Below are positions 1 through 15,300 of a stretch of DNA of 64,000 bases, in pieces (within the stretch, counting starts at the first letter, position 1; each line of letters opens with the position of its first letter). Made by a program: the position numbers and the translations under genes. The stretch is taken from the NCBI RefSeq assembly GCF_964355755.1, contig NC_092678.1, forward strand, positions 12,646,352 to 12,710,351, written 5' to 3'. The stretch is from Antedon mediterranea. Lineage: Eukaryota > Animalia > Echinodermata. The notes under the pieces are model-generated. The model made no database searches, had not been told where the DNA came from, and saw only the letters and a program-made list of their open reading frames with translations.

Positions 1-358
1 GTACAAGATACTTCATCACATTTAAATCACTCCAAAACATGGCTCCAACATTTCTATCTAAAACATTTTCAAGCCAAAACGGACACTGAGGTCATCACTC
101 AGGCCTATACCTAGACTGCCTTCAAAAAAATATTATGGACAACGCGCCTGTTTCTGGTCAGCTGCTCTTTGGAACGCCCTTCCAAACTCAATCAGGAATG
201 CCGAATCACTCGACACATTCAAACAACTTCTCAAATCTCACCTTTTTATTTTGCATTTTCATTATTAAGCTTTTGCTCTTTTATAACATTTTCTGTTGAT
301 TGTTCAACGCTTTGAGATGCCCTGTATTTTGCGGTATATTAAATTGAACATTATTATT
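1..358 (+). mobile_element. L2-like LINE 3' fragment (intronic)
   Basis: Degenerate ..YYGQRA..AALWNALPNSIRNAESLDTFKQLLKSHLF followed by an (ATT)n tail; paralogous copy at ~62047-62395 (-). Confidence 0.65.
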
Positions 359-3300
359 ATATAATTAAGAAAATTTTTCTTACGCTTGAATGCCTTTATT
401 AGGTTGGAAGTCAGTCACTGTGGGATTTGTAGTGTAATTAAATGTAAGACCATCTCTAACAGCATTTCCAAATGTAACTGTTACTGCAACTTCAGCTCCA
501 GATGTTGTATAGTTTGATGTTGTACAAATCATCTGGTTTTCATTGATACTGTAAAATAAATCAACAGTGGTTAGAATTTTGTAAAGATACATCCTTTTGA
601 AGTACGCTCTAAAATTAGTAAAATAATGGTCCAGAATTAGGATCCTGGTGTGGATTGCTATCAAAAAGTAATAAAGTATTCCGTGACCATTACATCTATC
701 TGTGGTTTAAAATCGGTAAAGATCTGTCTAATAAATAATGCAAAATATAACCTCCTTGGCAGTCCTAATAATCTACATGTCAATCTATATACAAATAAGA
801 TTTATTTTGTAACATAACCTGCACCTACGTTAGACTAGACGATAATGTAAAGAATGTTATTTCGTACCTTGTAACATAACATTCACTTCCATCAATAGAT
901 ACCATTACATCATTCCCAGTGTTCAGATTGGATCCACTGAATGTTAGTGTAGTTCCACCAGCTTGAATGCCAAACCTTGGACTCAACTCAGATATAAGTG
1001 GATTCTAAAATGAAATAAAAAAATGTTTAATTTAATAAATATACTAATAAAACACAGGTATTACAATCTGTATGATTAATAATTGTTTTTAATATTTAAA
1101 AAAAAAACAAATGTTTTTATACAAACATAACCACAAGTTTAAAAGTTAATATATTTATAGTATAAAAATTGGTCAGCGGAAACTATTTCATAAAATTGTT
1201 AATATCCTTCTCTTTTACTAGTAGGAATGAAAGTAGAGGAGAAGAGTGAAATTGCATTAGTTTCACTCTTATCTTGTTCTATCAGGAGTGAAAGTAGAAG
1301 AAAAGAGTGAAATTGCATTAATTTCACTCTTATCTTGTTCTAGCAGGAATGAAAGTAGAAGAAATAAGTGAATGTATCTTCCCTCTTGGCTGGTTCTAGT
1401 GTTCATTTTAATATCATGAATACCACAAGTTTACAACAAATATACATGATTACTGTAGAATAAACATTTTAAAATAACTTTAGTAATTATATAAAAATAT
1501 TTATTAAGGTTGACTCTTCTACATCAAAGCAAGATTGTGAAATTTGAGTGAAAAAATATACCTGATAGAGTATGACTACAGGTGCACTTGTCTTTCCTTG
1601 AACAGTTATGATGACGTCACGTTGAGAGACACTATCAAACACAGGAGCTTTACATTTCACACTGTGTATAGTAAATAATACAATTTCCTTTTCACTGATA
1701 TACACCACAACAATAATTATAATAAAAAAAATAACATGCAATGTTACCCCCAATTGTGAGGATGGATCGGAATAATGCATGGCACATGATGCTTAATAAA
1801 CGAACCAATCAAATAGTTTATGGATTCTGTGTGATAAGTTACAGAAGTGCTTTGTACTTCATCTTATGTTAGAATGGTGGTTTTCCATAAAAGTGTTTTT
1901 AGAAAATGTTTGTATAAGATCAGACAAATCTGAGACATCTTAACATGGTAGCAGAGTTGTCAAAGATACCCGTCTGTAGGATGGGTATCAACTACTTATA
2001 TTATGATCTGTTTTGCATTACATCAGTGAAAGCTGAATACATACAGTAGCAATCATAATATATTTACTTCTTGTCCATACACACATTATCACAATACACA
2101 CAGAGAGAGGCATAGTTGGTTAAACTGAGGGTATTACCTGTGTTGTGCACTGAACCATGAAATAGGTTTGGTTCACGGTTCAATCTCGTGAATAAGTTAG
2201 AACACAGAGAGTGTTCTAACTTATGGGTTGGATTACATGCATATAGTGCACTATCTTCTGGATGAGATGTTAATCCGTTGGTCCTGTGTGCAACTTGGCT
2301 TATGTACAGCCATAAGGATTTTACCAGAAACAAGTACAGACTTAGTGCTGCATAATTAATGTAAAATTAAATATTAAAATACCTTTGTAAAGCTATGTTA
2401 AATCCATCAGCAACTGTTACACATTCTTTGTTATCTATCATAATGTTGTCAATATCTGACATCATCTGTCCAAAATCAGTTCCGAACAGTTCAATGACCT
2501 CTGTGAAATCAGGTTCAGGTTGAGTAGTTACCGTAGCAACAGAAATGGGATGAGTCTGAAAATAATATTAGTAAAACATAAAAGCATGATGGATATTTAA
2601 AAAAAACAAACATGATTGGTGTAATCATAAAAAAACACCATTGGATATTTTGGAGTAAAACCAATTGCTCAAATATCATCATTCAGTACCCTTTTCTTCT
2701 AATTTTCAGACTAATTGTTATTCTGCCACAAATATATACTGTAATGTAAATTTCACACTATAAACTAGTAATAGAGGGCGACTAGTAAACATCATTTCAA
2801 ACAAATTTAAGTTAGGCTAGGATGCTGGATTTTGAAGGAAGATAAAATGATTCCAATTACCTGAATAATAACAGGTGATGGACATTCATTCACTATTGAT
2901 GAACAGAATGGACTGTAGGAACATTGGTCTCCAGTACACCAGACACAATCAAGTCCAGACCTAGTGGTGTTCATTGAATAACATCGACTGCAGTCTGGAC
3001 GTTGAACACTACACTTGTACAATGTAACTGGTAAAGAAAAATAGAGAAATTAATGTAAAAATGAAGCATTAACTGATAAAATGTCATAATCATTAGCATA
3101 TTACGAAGGTGTCACTATGAGTCATGACTTTGTGACTTTGTCTTTGAATATCAAAATGCCGAAAACAACATAATGAAAGAATGATATATATTTTTATCAT
3201 ATTTTGACATTGTTTGTATGCATAACATGGATGTATGCTAACTGAAAAATGATGTTTATTCAATTGGTTTTATTCACTAGGTTTTGAAAACACGTCTCAA

Positions 3301-6300
3301 AGCCTGGTTGGATGAGAGTAGATAACATTAATATTATTTATGATAACATTTAAGGATAAACTAAAAACTGTAATTCCTATAGGAACAATAATATATGTGC
3401 AAACAAATACTCATTATCTACAGGTTTAACACCATAAAATAAGATATAATATTATTTGCACAGAATGACACCAGAAAGATCAGGGAATGAAGTAGGGATT
3501 TATAGTATACAAACAAATTGACTGTAATTTAAAGATTATATCATGCTGTTGTTTGAACAATGTGGTGTTGAGTCAATACTTAGTAAAGTAAATTGTTGTT
3601 AAACTTCCTGTTTAAAAGCTAAACAACCATTTTATGTTCATTAAAGAACAATGTACTATGCTAAAAACAGATAATTGTCTGTCAGCTGAAACCACAGTCT
3701 CTGAACTGGGAACCTATCATAAAAAAAGTTTTCTGACAAAAAACTGGCAATATTAAAACGTTTTTTTTTTATTCTCAATAATCTTTTTTTATTGATTAAT
3801 TATTTATTTTATTTTATTTTATGTCTTTAGGCAATGTGGCCAAGGATTACCAATAGTGAATTAATCACTGTCCTATCAGATAGGTGGTAATCCCCCTGAT
3901 ACAGGGGCTATTGTGTGAACCAGTTCACCGGGGTAACCCCCTACTCTTTTTCAAATAATGAACTGGGTTCTTTAAAGTACACACATGTTATAACTGTGTA
4001 CACTGGACCTACGGTTTATAGTCCTTATCCGAGAAGACTTGTTCCACCACCAGAACTAGGAGCGAGTCGGCCTCGAACCCTTGCCGATGTTGTTGGCTCT
4101 TTAGGTACGGTAAACGGCGCCCCTGCCTTAACCGCTCGGCCATATGACTCTTAATAACTCTTTGAATAAATTATCCCCAATTTGTAACATAAATGAGACA
4201 GATTTGTGGTTGTTAAATGGCATTCTTAAAATAAATAAATGTTTGTGCACAATTTGATTGATTGCAGTTGACCTTGGGTGAACTACAGTAGCATTCCAAA
4301 GCTTGAGCGGTTCTCAGCATTTTGGGTAATCTTACCGGTTTTTTTGTCCACTATACACCGCACACTGATTTACTGGTTTTTTGGGAGCACAAAATAAGCA
4401 GAAACAGTCAATATAAAAATAGGGTTGTTAAAGAGGTACTAGGAATACTGTATTTGTTTCAGGAGTTACATTTTTTTTAATAGAAAATTGAACAGGGGTA
4501 TGTGGATATGATAACAAAATGTATGATGTTATGTTTACCAAGTAAATAATTGATTTAATGATATTTATCAATGTAAACAATCAGGTGAAACCAACCTTGA
4601 TAAGCATTGTCAATTTCATTGTCGTTCCAAAATACTTTAATATATGCGTTTACTTCCTGCTTGTCCTTAGCTGTGTAGTCATACTAAAAAGAAATGTTTC
4701 CAAAAAGCAATTAAAAGTACACTTGAATTTCACATAACATTTGGCATAATGCCAAGATGAAATGTGACATTTACAGCAAAATTATACCACAAAAACTTCC
4801 TGAAACAACAAGTTTTTGGAAGTGGAGTTGTTATCGAGAATTCTAGTGGATATGAATCAACTAACATGGAATTGGTAGCAAATCTTTATTAAGTAACAAG
4901 CTAGATACATCCATTCATTTTAAAATAATATCTCTATTAATTTTTGTTGTGGTTTTTAAAAATAGATTTAGGTCTAAGTTTAATAAATAATTATTACAGA
5001 GTAAATTTATGAATAGAAAATTAATGAAAAAACTTTATAACCACTACTGTATCAGCAAACATAAATTTATTTACATATACAGTAGTTATAATAACTCTTT
5101 GTATATCTCTTGCTATTGAGATTAATTATCAAGCACTCTATAACAAGAGGTTTTGTAACATGTGTATGTACATGGTTAAGTTGTACCATGGACAATAGGT
5201 CCATGGTACAACTACAATGTGTCAATATTAATGTAATATATTTGTTTCATTATTCATTTGAATGTCACTAAATGCTATTTGATATGTGTACATTTAATCC
5301 ATCTGTTCAAATGTCTTGGTTGCTACTATACTTACAGTGTATTGTGAACATGTGATATTTGCGTTTGATTCATCAACTGATGCTGGAATTCTGACGGTTT
5401 GTGCTTCAATTTCCAACTCACATTCATAGCTGTTTACCTACAATAAACAGCTCAGACAAATAAATGAACATGTATAATCTAGGTAGGTGTATATTGGTGT
5501 TTTTCTACATTATGAAGTAAACTTTTCTACATTATTAAACTTAAACAATTCTAAATTAATACCCTACTGTATCTCTTGCGGGAATTGTTTCCTGAAACCT
5601 TAAAGTGGACGGAAATCTCACACACATCTCACTACTACGCTTCAAGTTCCTTTAATTATTTTATAATTAAGTTATTTATATAATATTGTGAACCATGGCT
5701 AATTAGCATATTGCATGGTACTCATGTGATTAAGTAACAACTCTGTATTTAATGAACAGTGTGCTATTGTTCGCTCTCTGTTCGCTCACGGCTGGCATTG
5801 AGCTTATATGTATATGTTAACGCCAATATATGGTTTTCTGAGATTTAGTTGTCTGGCCATCTTACTCTAAAAATATTCATTGCAAACTAAAAGTATCAAA
5901 ACTTCATTAATATAGTACTTAATCTACAAATTCATTGAAGTTTTTAGTAGTGCACTTTTACCAGCTGATAAGTTTTATAAAAAGAATTTATGTGCAAATT
6001 GCCTGCTATAAAACAGGAAGAAAGTTTAAATAACTTAGTCTGTCAATGGGTAAAACTTCTTTTCCATTCACATCTTGAATGGAATATAAACATTGAATGG
6101 AATAACATTATTGGTCAGTTGAAATCAGTATTATCATGACTGTACAGCAGTACAACTCAAGAGTTGAAAAAAAGTTTATTTGTGGAAAGTGAAAAGTTTT
6201 AATTCTCAATAAATGAATGAATTAAAGTTCAGTTTATTTCAGTGTAAATTATCATGGAGGAAATAAATTATGAATTCTTTCATATAATTATCAACTTTAA

Positions 6301-9300
6301 ATCATGTTTACCTTTGTAGCATTTGGTAAATTCATAATTGGTATTCTGACTTCTTTCTGTATATTTGCATGAATAAGTTCCTCATTTGGTTGATAAATTT
6401 GTGGACATGACCCTTGACCTTGAAAATCATTTGGTGGTGATGCTGCCTACATATTTAAACAATAGCTTATAAGTGATATTATAACAATAATTATAACATT
6501 TTGGATGCAATAATTACATAGATAATTTATCTGTTTGTTCTTCACACCGATAACTGTAGAGGATCTAATGGAAACTGTTAATACGAACCGTGGTAACTAC
6601 TGTAAATTACCGACAAATATCACTACAATATAAAGAATACTCCATTATTCTTACTAGTTCTATATCTGGCACCTAATGTTCCATCTGCATAGATTAAAGT
6701 ATCTTGCCTCAGGACACAAGGCATGTATCAGCCACCTCCTAATATAATTCCCATCAGCGTCATACTGTAAACTGAGCAACTCATTCGCACCTTAACAACC
6801 CCTTCCAAAAACAATTAGCCAACCATGTTGTCTCAAAAAGTGCTTAATTGAGCAATAGAAGTAGTGGCGTATCCAGGATTTTGAAGTTGGGGGGGCCAGG
6901 AATTGCCAATTTGCCGACAAAATTGGTGTCATTATCTGTACATACACGACGTCTCTGATATGTTCTAGGATTACATAGTCATATTGTCTTATATGGGATA
7001 ACGATGCAAAATTAAAACCAAACCAACATTATCTGTTAGTATGTTGTATTCATATTACAATAAAGAAAGAATTAGGAAAATCTGATTTGTAGTTTTCGAA
7101 ATATAGGGTCTAAAACATCGCCGAAAATGATCGTTTTTAGCCATGAAAGAAGTAAAACAATTTGCGGCCTCAGTCGATAATTCTATTAACTACGCCATTT
7201 TTGGTTAAAATAATTACATATAACTAGATGGCACGCTCGCTTCGCTCGCGTACCATCTAGGTCGTGCCAACAGATGGTTCTCGAATACACAGTATTTCCA
7301 GCGAGAAAAAAATGGAGATTTCAAATGTACGTACTGCAGGACTATAATACATTGTCGTTTACAGAAACGAATAAATATACACAATGATTTATGTAGTCAA
7401 CCAAAATTAGCACCCTGGGAATTACTTCCGAGAGAGAAACAAAATGAGTCAAATTTTTTTATTTGGACTAATTTAAACAAACCCAATTTGTGTTTTGTAT
7501 GTAACATAAGGGTTGAGGGATGGGGGAAGAAGATAGGTACAAAGAGGAAACATTTTAAAATATATTCTTATCCACTCAGTAACGAAATATTGTTTTTAAT
7601 GTTTTATAGGCCTATAAATAATATACCACTAAATACAGTAAAACATTTACGATTTAATACGGTACTTTGTTAAAACTCTCACTGTCATAGTCGATTGAAA
7701 TAGTAAAGTACATGTAACGATACACCACTACGACGTTTATATATTTTTAAATTATTAATTAATACAAACGTTGAGAAGCAACTGTCAGTAATAACGTTTA
7801 TTTATTTGTATATTATATGTTTATAATCTAACAGTAGGGCCTATCCACACTCACAGTAATAAAGTTTATTTGTATATATTTTTATATTACATCTAACAGT
7901 ACCAACACTCACAGTAAGAAATTTGCGATTCAAATTGCGATCAAAAGTGGTTATACCTTAACAGTATTGTACAGCATTGCAATACTATTTATGTTTATTC
8001 TCCAAGGGGGCCCATAAATCTAAATCTATACCTCTATAATGGTTAAACCAAATAATTTGGAATGTTTATTTGTATATTATATGTTTATAATCTAACAGTA
8101 GGGCCTACCCACACTCACAGTAATAAAGTTTATTTGTATATTTTTATATTACATCTAACAGTACCAACACTCACAGTAAGAAATTTGCGATTCAAATTGC
8201 GATCAAAAGTGGTTAATACCTTAACAGTATTGTACAGCATTGCAATACTATTTATGTTTATTCTCCAAGGGGGCCCATAAATCTAAATCTATACCTCCAT
8301 GGTTAAACCAAATAATTTGGAATGTTCCATTCATCACAAATCAATACATTTGTAAAAACGTATATTAAATCTATCAAAATAGTATTTTTAAAAGAAAATC
8401 GGCCTGTCTTCAACATTATGATGCTGTACTCTAGCTGTTCAACCGATTTTCAGCTATTAAAAACAATTATCGTAGGAGGAGATAGGAAAATGCGAAGCCT
8501 CCTCGCATTTTTTTGGCGGGTATTTTTCAAGATGGACATCCATTAGACAGTGTATACCACGATCGGAAAACACCCCTATTTGGGGCAAATCGTTGAACCT
8601 AAATTCGTTTTAATCGTCAATAACTAATTATCTAACTCAATTTAATTAGTAAACAGGGTTACATCAGGCGGTTAAAATCAGTACCGAAAGTACGAACCAA
8701 CTTTACATACCATCGAGTGAAAATTCTAGAAGTAAGGCGCGATTTACCGAATTTTGCCCTTACGTAAATTTATATATAGATTACGTTTTTTAGTAATTTA
8801 TTTTATATATCACCATTGGAAATATCAATAAAACATGTTATTAAATGCTTATAAAATATATAAAGTTGTTTACTTAACGGAATTCGGACAAATTCATTGC
8901 TCTAACTTTGTGTAGTAACGATCAGAGAGATTCATGGTACACGCGCGAGACAAAACATTCCGCTGCGGGTGATTCGCATCCACCAATCAAATCAGCTAGA
9001 ATCCTAAATCATTCAACCGTGAGCAATGCCTATTGCGAGAAAGCTCAGCTTTGATTGGCTTACGATGACATCATATCACAAAATGGTGGTTTTGTAGTTG
9101 AGCCTCACGGAATATTCTGTTCCAAAAATGAAATACATGGATATTTTTTATGGTATATGTGCTTTTTCTTTAAAAATTTTGAATAATAAAGGCCTCATAT
9201 CGAGAAAAAAAACCGGGTTTTTGGCACTTATAATAAATATATCTTAGACAAAAAAGCACATGGCATGTGGAACTATATAATCTCTTAGCGTAGGAAGACA

Positions 9301-12300
9301 TACAAATCCCAGGTCATGAGAGGCTCAACTGCATGCAAAAACAAGGTTTTAGGGTAAGGTCAATTAAAGACTTTTGAGTAAACAATCTACCGCGTACGGC
9401 CGTACGTACGTGCTACACATTTTTTACGTGTTTCGTTAGATGTAATGAAAATAAAAAATAGTTGATCTGAAGGGATCAATGATGATATGATATGTAAATA
9501 AACAAACACTCAAAAGAATTATGTTTACAGTTAAATTATTGTCAGAATAAATAGTTTATTTTTTTCCCCGGCACCTTTGTTTGCCGACGGCCGCGATGAT
9601 GTGCCGACGGAAACGAAATCAGGGAGGCCCCGGGCCCCCCGGCCCCCCTACTGGATACGCCACTGAATAGAAGTTCAGCTTCCATTTGATTATACAGAAC
9701 AAAAACGGAAAAAAAGTCATAATTACTTACGTTTCCATTAAAAATAATTTTGTCGTTTGCTGTGCACAATGTTGATGCATTATGGGTACATTTGTTGTCG
9801 TAGACACACCAATCACAAGTAAAGCTTGTAACACATTCAGAACAACTGCAGTATTGAGAATAAAAACAAAACAATATTGTTATCTTATAACCTTTGACAC
9901 GCATGCTACCGATATAAAGATGTTGTTATTCTAATAAAGATAATTATTAAATCATATACTTCATCATTTTTTTATGCAAAAATGAGGGCCACTATGTTTT
10001 AACACTGCAGCCAACTCCTATCACTGAATTAACATAAGTTGATCTATTTCATTGTATTTGACAATTCTAAGCACAAATGCATACAGTAGTAATGTGTTGT
10101 GAAATGGTTTCCCGATTAATCGTACGATCAAAACGGTACTGGGTATGATCAACTAGCGTTCGTGTTCCCACCTAATCATCCATTCATAGAAGTACTGATG
10201 AAGATATCAATCTGTGGCGACAATAGAATGGACCCGAGACCTGGCTATCTTCGACTTTTAAATAATAGAAAGTTGAGAAAAATGCTTTTGTTAGACTAGA
10301 AATGTACGTTGCATGTATATAGAAAAATGGTTGTAGTTTTCAAAATTACGTTGTATAAGTTGCGATGTGAAAAACTGTTATTTGATCGTTAGTTGTCGTG
10401 TACATAAAGCAAAAATATAAATAGCCTATTATAATAAAATAAAAATCGTTAGTAAAACTTTTAAAAAGAGTAAAGATATAAGGAAGAAAAGGTAATGGTC
10501 TGACCATTGCAAACGCATCATGGATTGCTAAAGTTTAAATTCTTCTCAATTTCATGAATCCAATTCATTCATTTTTGCATATTTGTTTGTTTTTTGTAAG
10601 GAGACCTTTTTTAGGTCCTGATAGTGTCCCAGGGGGTCTACTGTATACTATTTAGATTATATTGTTAATTGGAAATTAACCACTGGAATCAGTTGATACA
10701 TTTAGGACCAGGTTATAATACTTGTTAAAATCAAAATACAGTAACTCACTGAGTTCAGAGTTGATAGAGCACTATGACTCTGTGAGTTTGTTATATTGAA
10801 TAAAAGTACAGTTTTTGGTAAAAATGTAAGAACACAATTGTCCCACACCAACTTCCCTTTGATTCAAAAGAACCTTTTGTTATATACAAATAATAGGCTA
10901 AATTTAGGTAAACTTATTGTTGAAATAAAATTCAATAAACAATACAGAAAACTTTAACAACAGAATCAAATCCTTGATGACATAATAGAGAGGTTTACAG
11001 TTCTGGTTTCAGTGACAGCAAGTCAGAGGCTGACAAGTTAATACCAAGAAACAGTAAAAGCAAACATTGTTGTATTTCGTATGCTTGATTAAATAACCTG
11101 ATTAATAAAGTATGTGAATGAATGGCATTAAAGCATACTTGACTGCACAGGCAAGTCAAGCAAATGCTGTCAAATGGTTGATTAAGATTGCATATAATTA
11201 TACCATGGAACTGCCTGGTCACTAATAATTAGCCTAGGTATGTCCATATGCCTGTTCGACATCATGTTACATTTTCTGTGAGGGTTGTAAAGATCATTCA
11301 GGAAAGCAATCATCCTTACAAACCTATACATTTACCAGGCTTAATACTATCTACTCCAAATAACACAAATAATAACTTAACTTAATTCAACAATAATAAT
11401 CAAATGAATCTTTTGAATCAAGTTCAATTATCAAAACCCTAACACTGAACAAACTCTCAGTCTCAGTAACTGTTTTTTTTTAAACACAGATAAGAGTACC
11501 ACTCTCAACAGTTATGTTTTAAATTATACAGTTTTCTCTTACACTCTAAACTAAATTCCTTCAAGTAGTTTATGATTTATGACATGCAAATACAGTCAAC
11601 TTTCCTGTCAGTAAAAATTAGAAACTAAGCTGTCAAAATAATAATATTCTGGATAATTGTGGGAAAACCTTAGTGTGCTCTAAGACATTTCCATGCTTTT
11701 AAAAAGCCACCAGATATTTACTTTCTTCTGATCTCTGAAGACTTTGGACCAACCCAAGACAAGAGTCTCATTGATAATATTTGAATTTTCAAAAAATACT
11801 TAAATAACAAAGATAAATAAAAAAAAAAGTGTTATCTAATCTATAATAAACATGTAACTGATGAGTTGATTGTCTTGAAAGGAAGATATATTGGTTAATT
11901 TGGCTGAACTATCTATCTGATTACAAATAAGGAAGTATTAAACAACAATGATGATTCAGTGTTGACACATTATGGTTTTAAATATTTGACAGTGTTTATT
12001 CATTCCCCCACAGCTATCAATATTTGCTATCATGGTCCCAATATAAAATCAATTTGAAGGAATCAATCTTGTATGCTTTGCAAATGTTTGTACAGTAACG
12101 TATTACACAATTACAACTGTCCCATTACAACAATATTATCAATATTGTATTTGATTTCCTTATGTACTTACAGATGACAGTGAGATTATAACAAATTATG
12201 TACATTGCAACCTGGTACAGTATAAACTAAATAAACAATATGTTCATTTCCTTAAAATAATATGTCACTTGAATTTCAGATCCTTTTATTTTGTTATTAT

Positions 12301-15300
12301 CTTTAGAAAATGTGTGTTTACAATAACAATTTGATAGTTAAAGTAGTGAATTTGAAATATTTTAAATGTTTATTTTTTACACATGCTTATAAAAAAATTC
12401 AGTCAGTACTTACGAAGTAATGGCACTGCAGTCAAAGAATGTGAAGTCAGTGGAAACAAAATCAACATCAGTTACAGATGAGTGAACTGATAAAATAACA
12501 TCTACAGAAGCTGTAAACAAATTATTTAAAGGTTAGCTACTGTGTAGGCCTAGGCCTTAATTTCAAATGCATTTTATAGGTAAATACAATAATTAAATAT
12601 TAAATACAAAAATCACTACAAAAAAACTAAATGTAATATTTAATTACTTTTTTTCCAGAGGTAGATAGGTTTAAATAGTTGGTGCAAATGACTCCCAAAA
12701 AATGTGATGTGCCCATATATGGAGACGATGATGTGATATCATTACCATATTTAGGTATATCACTACCATATTTGTTTTTTAATTTAGTTTGATAGTGTAG
12801 ACAGAGCTTAAGATATCACTAGGTTGAAACAAGGGTCACTTTGGGGGAATCCCCTTTTTTGCCAATGTAGAGTAGTGAGTGCATAATTTCTGTACTCCAT
12901 GGTGTGTACTAAAACCTATTTCCTCATGAGCTATTAATAGTATTACACCTCCTACTGGTGAGAATGCATACCATGTGTGAAATACTAGTACAGCCACTGC
13001 TACAGTTACATTAAATAAAGAAAAATAAAACAGAAATTAAAGCATATTAGCTAATGTTTAACTCACATTGGCTGGTTGGTATTTGTGGCACATGTGATAA
13101 AGGCGGTGAATTACAAGTCAATGTTTCTGCATCTTTTATTGCAGATGATTGAAAGTCACCAAATTTACAATTATAATTTTGGTTGATGTTTAAGGGAGGA
13201 AGTTGCTCAACAGTTAGAGAAATCTATGGAGAAACACATTTAAGCTATTGGAGTTGCATACATATTCAAACTTGTTATTAAATAATTGTATAATTCCCTT
13301 TGTGAACAAGCATCACAAGCCAGATGTACACTGGATCTCCAGCCAGTTTTGAGTCCAGAATTATTATGGCCGAGGAGTGGCTTGAATCCTAATATAGATG
13401 TGCCGATAATATAGATATAGTTGGTACTAGTACCCCTGCCTTAGTAGTGCTTAAATTATCCAGATAATGGCAACATTAGTTATTTAAAAAAATATTACAA
13501 GCCTAGAAAACAAATTTAATAAATTGTTTTCACAACTCACGCTGATATTTTCAAAATTTTTAGGAATAAAAGGTGGTTCAACATTTGTAATCTCAATGCA
13601 TTGTGCACTGTTTCTTGGCAACCAGGGAGACTGTTGGCATTCTTTAAATCTGGTACATCTAAAATAAAAAAAGACAAATGTAAGTGCTATCTGCACTAAA
13701 GAACATTTAAATTTTTTATTTGTATTAGGGTTTGTTTTAAACTGTTTGTATTTAAAAAAAAATATTGAAGAAATAATTAAGCCTGAAATAATTTAGTCTT
13801 TAGACAGTAAACTAATTTCTAACATTTATTTTCATAGTTTATTATTTTGCAAAAATATCTGAAAAAGTTAAAAAACAAAAAAATCTCCTAATAATTTGTC
13901 AAATGCATCAGGAAAAGACAAAATAATAATTTGGGATTGAAAAAAAAGAAAAAGAACTCTTACTTTTTGTGTAGTGTACACCATCCACAATAAGGATCTG
14001 CATCTAGTTGACCTGGTCTGATACACTCATCACATGTGATAAACTGACTGCAGTTTGCAACTTGTAGTTTGACCAACTAATTTGATAATTGTATTAAAAA
14101 AAAAAACATTAAGACAGAATATACAAATTAAAAACCTATCACAAATTTACCATTAACATTTTCTTAGGATACAATTGAATGGTATTTGTAAAAGTTAGTA
14201 AGAAATATTTATAAAACTAATTTGAAATCAGAGGCGGATTGCTATAAGATAATAAGAATAATAAGGAGAAGGGCTATTGTCGGTTTATCCAGGTAAGCTA
14301 GGCACGAAATAGATTTATAAAGCGCACATATCTACAAAGTGCTCAAGGCGGTCTATAAACGCTTAGACGGCTATAATTCGTGACGTTGCAAGCAGTCTTT
14401 ATTATAGACATTGCTATACTGCAGTCTAACCTCTAAGCGGTCTTTAAAATTAAAGCCTACTCGAAGGAATCTTTACAGCCTTAAAACCTTTCTTTTTGTT
14501 GCTTTTACATATTATTTATCATTAAAGACAACAAATTGAACGAGTTTTAAATGTTAAATCAAATAATAACGGTAATTTTGTTATTATATAGGCCTAGAAT
14601 AGATTTTCTCATGTAGAAATGTACTTACTGTTGTGATTACGATTTGAACAAGCGTGACGAACATTACCTTATTTGGTGTTCTACACGTAAAGTACACCTT
14701 CAATTTGTTACTTTACGCGGCCTTAGCTAAGACTGTTTTATAGCAATGGTCTAACAGGGGTGGCTTTAGTAAGACCGTCTATCTGATAAAGCCGGCTTTA
14801 ATTGGGGAGTTAAGACCATCAGTTAAGACTGAAGGGATTTACATTAAATTACAAAAACCTAGTCCTTATTTGTGTGAACAATTTCATCTGGTTTCTATGT
14901 GGAATAAATTAAAGTTCGTAGATAGTAGTAAACCAGTGTAGCTGTTAGCTGGATGAATCTATCTTCAAACTTTACTTATAGTCCTTCTTATAGGGTTAAA
15001 GACATCAGACAAGTATTAAAATAAAAAAATGGAGATGGACCGTGTACATCTCGCCAGAACCAACAACAATGAATGGACTCCAAAAAGGCACACAAGGTCA
15101 AGAAAAAACAAAAACAAGATGGAGGGTTAATATGCAGCATTTGCTTGCATCCTGAATGAGTACTGCACATGACAGGAACAAAATAGCTGGGAGAGGCATT
15201 TGCCCTGCAGTGGGCAGACAATGGCTGAAATGATGATTTCTGTTCTTGTAACAAAGGAAATATATTATAAGAATAAACTAACCTTTTTTGCTGTGAGTGC

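Noticed and set aside
4060-4150. tRNA gene
   Set aside because: A and B boxes are present but they continue into a SINE body and tail repeated elsewhere; no convincing cloverleaf.
14230-14830. Possible Harbinger-like MITE remnant
   Set aside because: Could not define matching TIRs or a TSD by eye.
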